Virus record (IMG/VR): IMGVR_UViG_3300044980_000094
Span: 1 to 56,213 of that record
Reading direction: 5' to 3' (one strand)
DNA length: 56,213 nucleotides
DNA from: a virus
Lineage: Duplodnaviria; Caudoviricetes
The notes beneath the pieces were generated by a model that saw only the letters and a program-made list of their open reading frames with translations, was not told where the DNA came from and searched no databases. This document shows, one piece after another, positions 54,672 to 56,213 of this stretch (position 1 is its first letter; each line of letters starts with the position of its first letter). The translations under genes and the position numbers were made by a program.

Positions 54672-55337
54672 TCAGAAATCCACCCCACCCGCCTTGGCAG
54701 CCTGCTCGGCCAACTTCTGGCTTTCTCGCGCCTTACGGTCAAGGGTGGCCTGGGCCGACTTGCGGAGCTCGGCGTCGAACTTGGTCATATAGCCCTCGAT
54801 GAACGAACTCCACGTGCGGGTCGTGCCATTGTCGAGGGTGAAGACATAGTCCGGCTTCGGAAAAGCCGTGCCGTTCTTGCCCCAGGCACCGGTAACGCCA
54901 CTCGCGACCAGCCGCGCCTTGACCTTGTTCCGAGCCTCGAGGGCCATTTCGGCCTCGAGCGGGCTAAGCCTCGGCCCACGCTCGCCGCCATCGCCCAACG
55001 TGCCGGCGAAGATTTCGGCCAAAAACTCGGCCCGGACGGCTTCGCACTTGGCGGCGAACTCAGGGCTCTTCGAGAACTTGTTCTCCCGAAGCCGGGTTCG
55101 GATCGCGTCCTCGGCGGCCTTGCGGGCCTCTTTGACCGGCACTGGGTCCATGGCGTTGATGGCCTCCCGGACGACGTCGCTCGTGACGGCGCTCGAGGTC
55201 TCACTGCCGTGGATATGGGTAGCGCCACGATTGATGAGGGCCACGATCGAGGCCAAGGGGGTGTCGGCGATCTTGAACGCGTTGCCGCCCCAATTCCACG
55301 TGGCCGAGGCGATATTGGTATTGTCGGTATCGGACAT
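54672..55337 (-). CDS. Early protein ending in GVDF
   Basis: GGAG RBS; own promoter; C-terminal VDF. Confidence 0.8.
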   Translation of the reverse strand: MSDTDNTNIASATWNWGGNAFKIADTPLASIVALINRGATHIHGSETSSAVTSDVVREAINAMDPVPVKEARKAAEDAIRTRLRENKFSKSPEFAAKCEAVRAEFLAEIFAGTLGDGGERGPRLSPLEAEMALEARNKVKARLVASGVTGAWGKNGTAFPKPDYVFTLDNGTTRTWSSFIEGYMTKFDAELRKSAQATLDRKARESQKLAEQAAKAGGVDF

Positions 55338-55381
55338 GATGTTTACTCCGTTTGCCCCCGGCCCATTGCCGGGATGGAGAG

Positions 55382-55410
55382 ACCCTAACCGACCTCGGCG
55401 GCAAAGTCAA
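55382..55410 (-). promoter_or_regulatory. Putative sigma70 promoter
   Basis: TTGACT-17-TAGGGT, same -10 as copies 1 and 2. Confidence 0.7.
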
Positions 55411-55516
55411 CGGGAAAATGCAAAGAGATGGGATTATTTTGTCATGGGCGACCAATGGACGACTCGCCATCCACTGGTCGCCGACAATGGTCGATTGGCT
55501 GCACGGGATGCGCCAA

Positions 55517-55551
55517 CAAGGCCACACTTGGGCGGATCAAGTGTGGCCTTG
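55517..55551. repeat. 14-bp perfect inverted repeat CAAGGCCACACTTG-N7-CAAGTGTGGCCTTG
   Basis: Seen directly. Confidence 0.85.
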
Positions 55552-55683
55552 GGCCGCCGACCATGGCCCTCGGCTCTTGCGCCCCGCTTCGGGCGGCGCA
55601 TTCCCCATCCCATTCCCCGTCCCATAACGGACCCGCTTTTCCACCCACCCTTGTCCTCCCCCAATTCCCTGACCACGCTCCCT

Positions 55684-55714
55684 AGGCCACGCTTGGCAGG
55701 ATCAAGCATGGCCT
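55684..55714. repeat. Degenerate copy of same inverted repeat
   Basis: AGGCCACGCTTG-GCAGGAT-CAAGCATGGCCT. Confidence 0.75.
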
Positions 55715-55717
55715 CGT

Positions 55718-55825
55718 GTGGTCTCTATCAATTTCCTTGCAATCGTGGTCTCTATCAAGCCGAGCCCCGCCAAATTCACCCCCCTCTTCCTATTCTACAT
55801 ATATATATTGTATAGAATAGGAAGA
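55718..55825. other. Candidate replication origin
   Basis: Two GTGGTCTCTATCAA direct repeats (55718, 55745) followed by AT-rich 13-bp inverted repeat (55785-55825). Confidence 0.45.
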
Positions 55826-56052
55826 AAGCCCCAGCGCCAAGCGGCCAGCCCAGCGGCCAAGGAACTAGCTGGGCGGCCATGCGCAAATCGTGACCACACG
55901 GGGTGTGGCTCGGGTATTGGGAGAGGACAGGTATGGGTGGAAAAGCGGCCCCCTTATGGGCCGGGCCATGCGGTAGGGAATGCGCCGCCCCAAGCCCCAT
56001 CCCATTCCCCATCCCAATCGGCCACCCTTGCGCCATTCCCGCCAACCCACCC

Positions 56053-56081
56053 TTGCACCATTCCCCATTCCCCGCCATAAT
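56053..56081 (+). promoter_or_regulatory. Putative sigma70 promoter for first rightward gene
   Basis: TTGCAC-17-CATAAT. Confidence 0.6.
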
Positions 56082-56087
56082 GCCCAC

Positions 56088-56213
56088 CCACCCATCCGGA
56101 GCCCACCCCATGGCAATCACCCAAGAGCAGATCATCCACGTCATCCAGGCCGGCCTCGACATCCGCCTCCGCCACAACGCCGACATGGCGGCAATCCGCG
56201 CCCAATTAGTCGC
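56088..56213 (+). repeat. Terminal direct repeat, right copy (126 bp)
   Basis: Identical to 23-148. Confidence 0.95.

Larger units (their letters stand above)
1..56213. mobile_element. Complete (circularly assembled) tailed phage genome, P22-like podovirus morphogenesis with PolA-type replication module
   Basis: Terminase, portal, scaffold, P22-type coat and tail genes on - strand; replication genes on + strand; 126-bp end overlap; no host housekeeping genes. Confidence 0.96.

Noticed and set aside
55595-56100. CCCATTCCCC tracts as functional G-quadruplexes
   Set aside because: Low-complexity tracts with no independent support; partly explained as promoter spacers
56088-56213. 126-bp end repeat as a biological terminal repeat
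   Set aside because: It cuts inside a gene and its length fits an assembler k-mer overlap; it cannot be called a physical terminus without reads
1-56213. Stop-codon reassignment suggested by frequent CTAG
   Set aside because: Core genes are intact under the standard code and all three stops terminate genes
1-56213. tRNA genes, integrase, repressor, reverse transcriptase/DGR
   Set aside because: No cloverleaf or diagnostic motifs recognised by eye; tRNAscan and HMM searches are needed to confirm absence

Overview
The window is an essentially complete ~56.1 kb tailed dsDNA phage genome. It circularises through a 126-bp end overlap (23-148 = 56088-56213). The + strand (1-22.1 kb) carries early accessory genes and a DNA-metabolism module: HIRAN, Fic, UvrD-like helicase, PD-(D/E)XK nuclease, Sak4-like ATPase, SSB-like protein, ParB-methylase, C5-methylase, a split UDG/exonuclease + family A DNA polymerase, and a DUF3987-like ATPase. 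The - strand (22.1-53.1 kb) carries a P22/APSE-like podovirus morphogenesis module (terminase, portal, scaffold, coat, gp4, gp10, ejection proteins), lysis-type genes and a tail-appendage cluster. A leftward array of promoter-plus-small-gene cassettes follows (53.5-55.4 kb), then a non-coding control/origin-like region. I recognised no integrase, repressor, primase, tRNA or CRISPR array. An alphaproteobacterial host is a weak inference only. The most unusual signals are: (1) six late-region proteins, mostly tail-fibre/tailspike-like, carry Sec-type signal peptides and even, locally paired cysteines, suggesting exported, disulfide-folded virion appendages; (2) five unrelated non-structural proteins end in [ILV]-D-F-stop, and the same tail is hidden in the -1 frame behind a slippery site of the Sak4-like gene and in a coupled 19-aa micro-ORF, suggesting a shared docking tag; (3) an orphan alternative C-terminus of the ejection protein is paired with a convergent small membrane gene. 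All family assignments come from motif recognition by eye, not from database searches.
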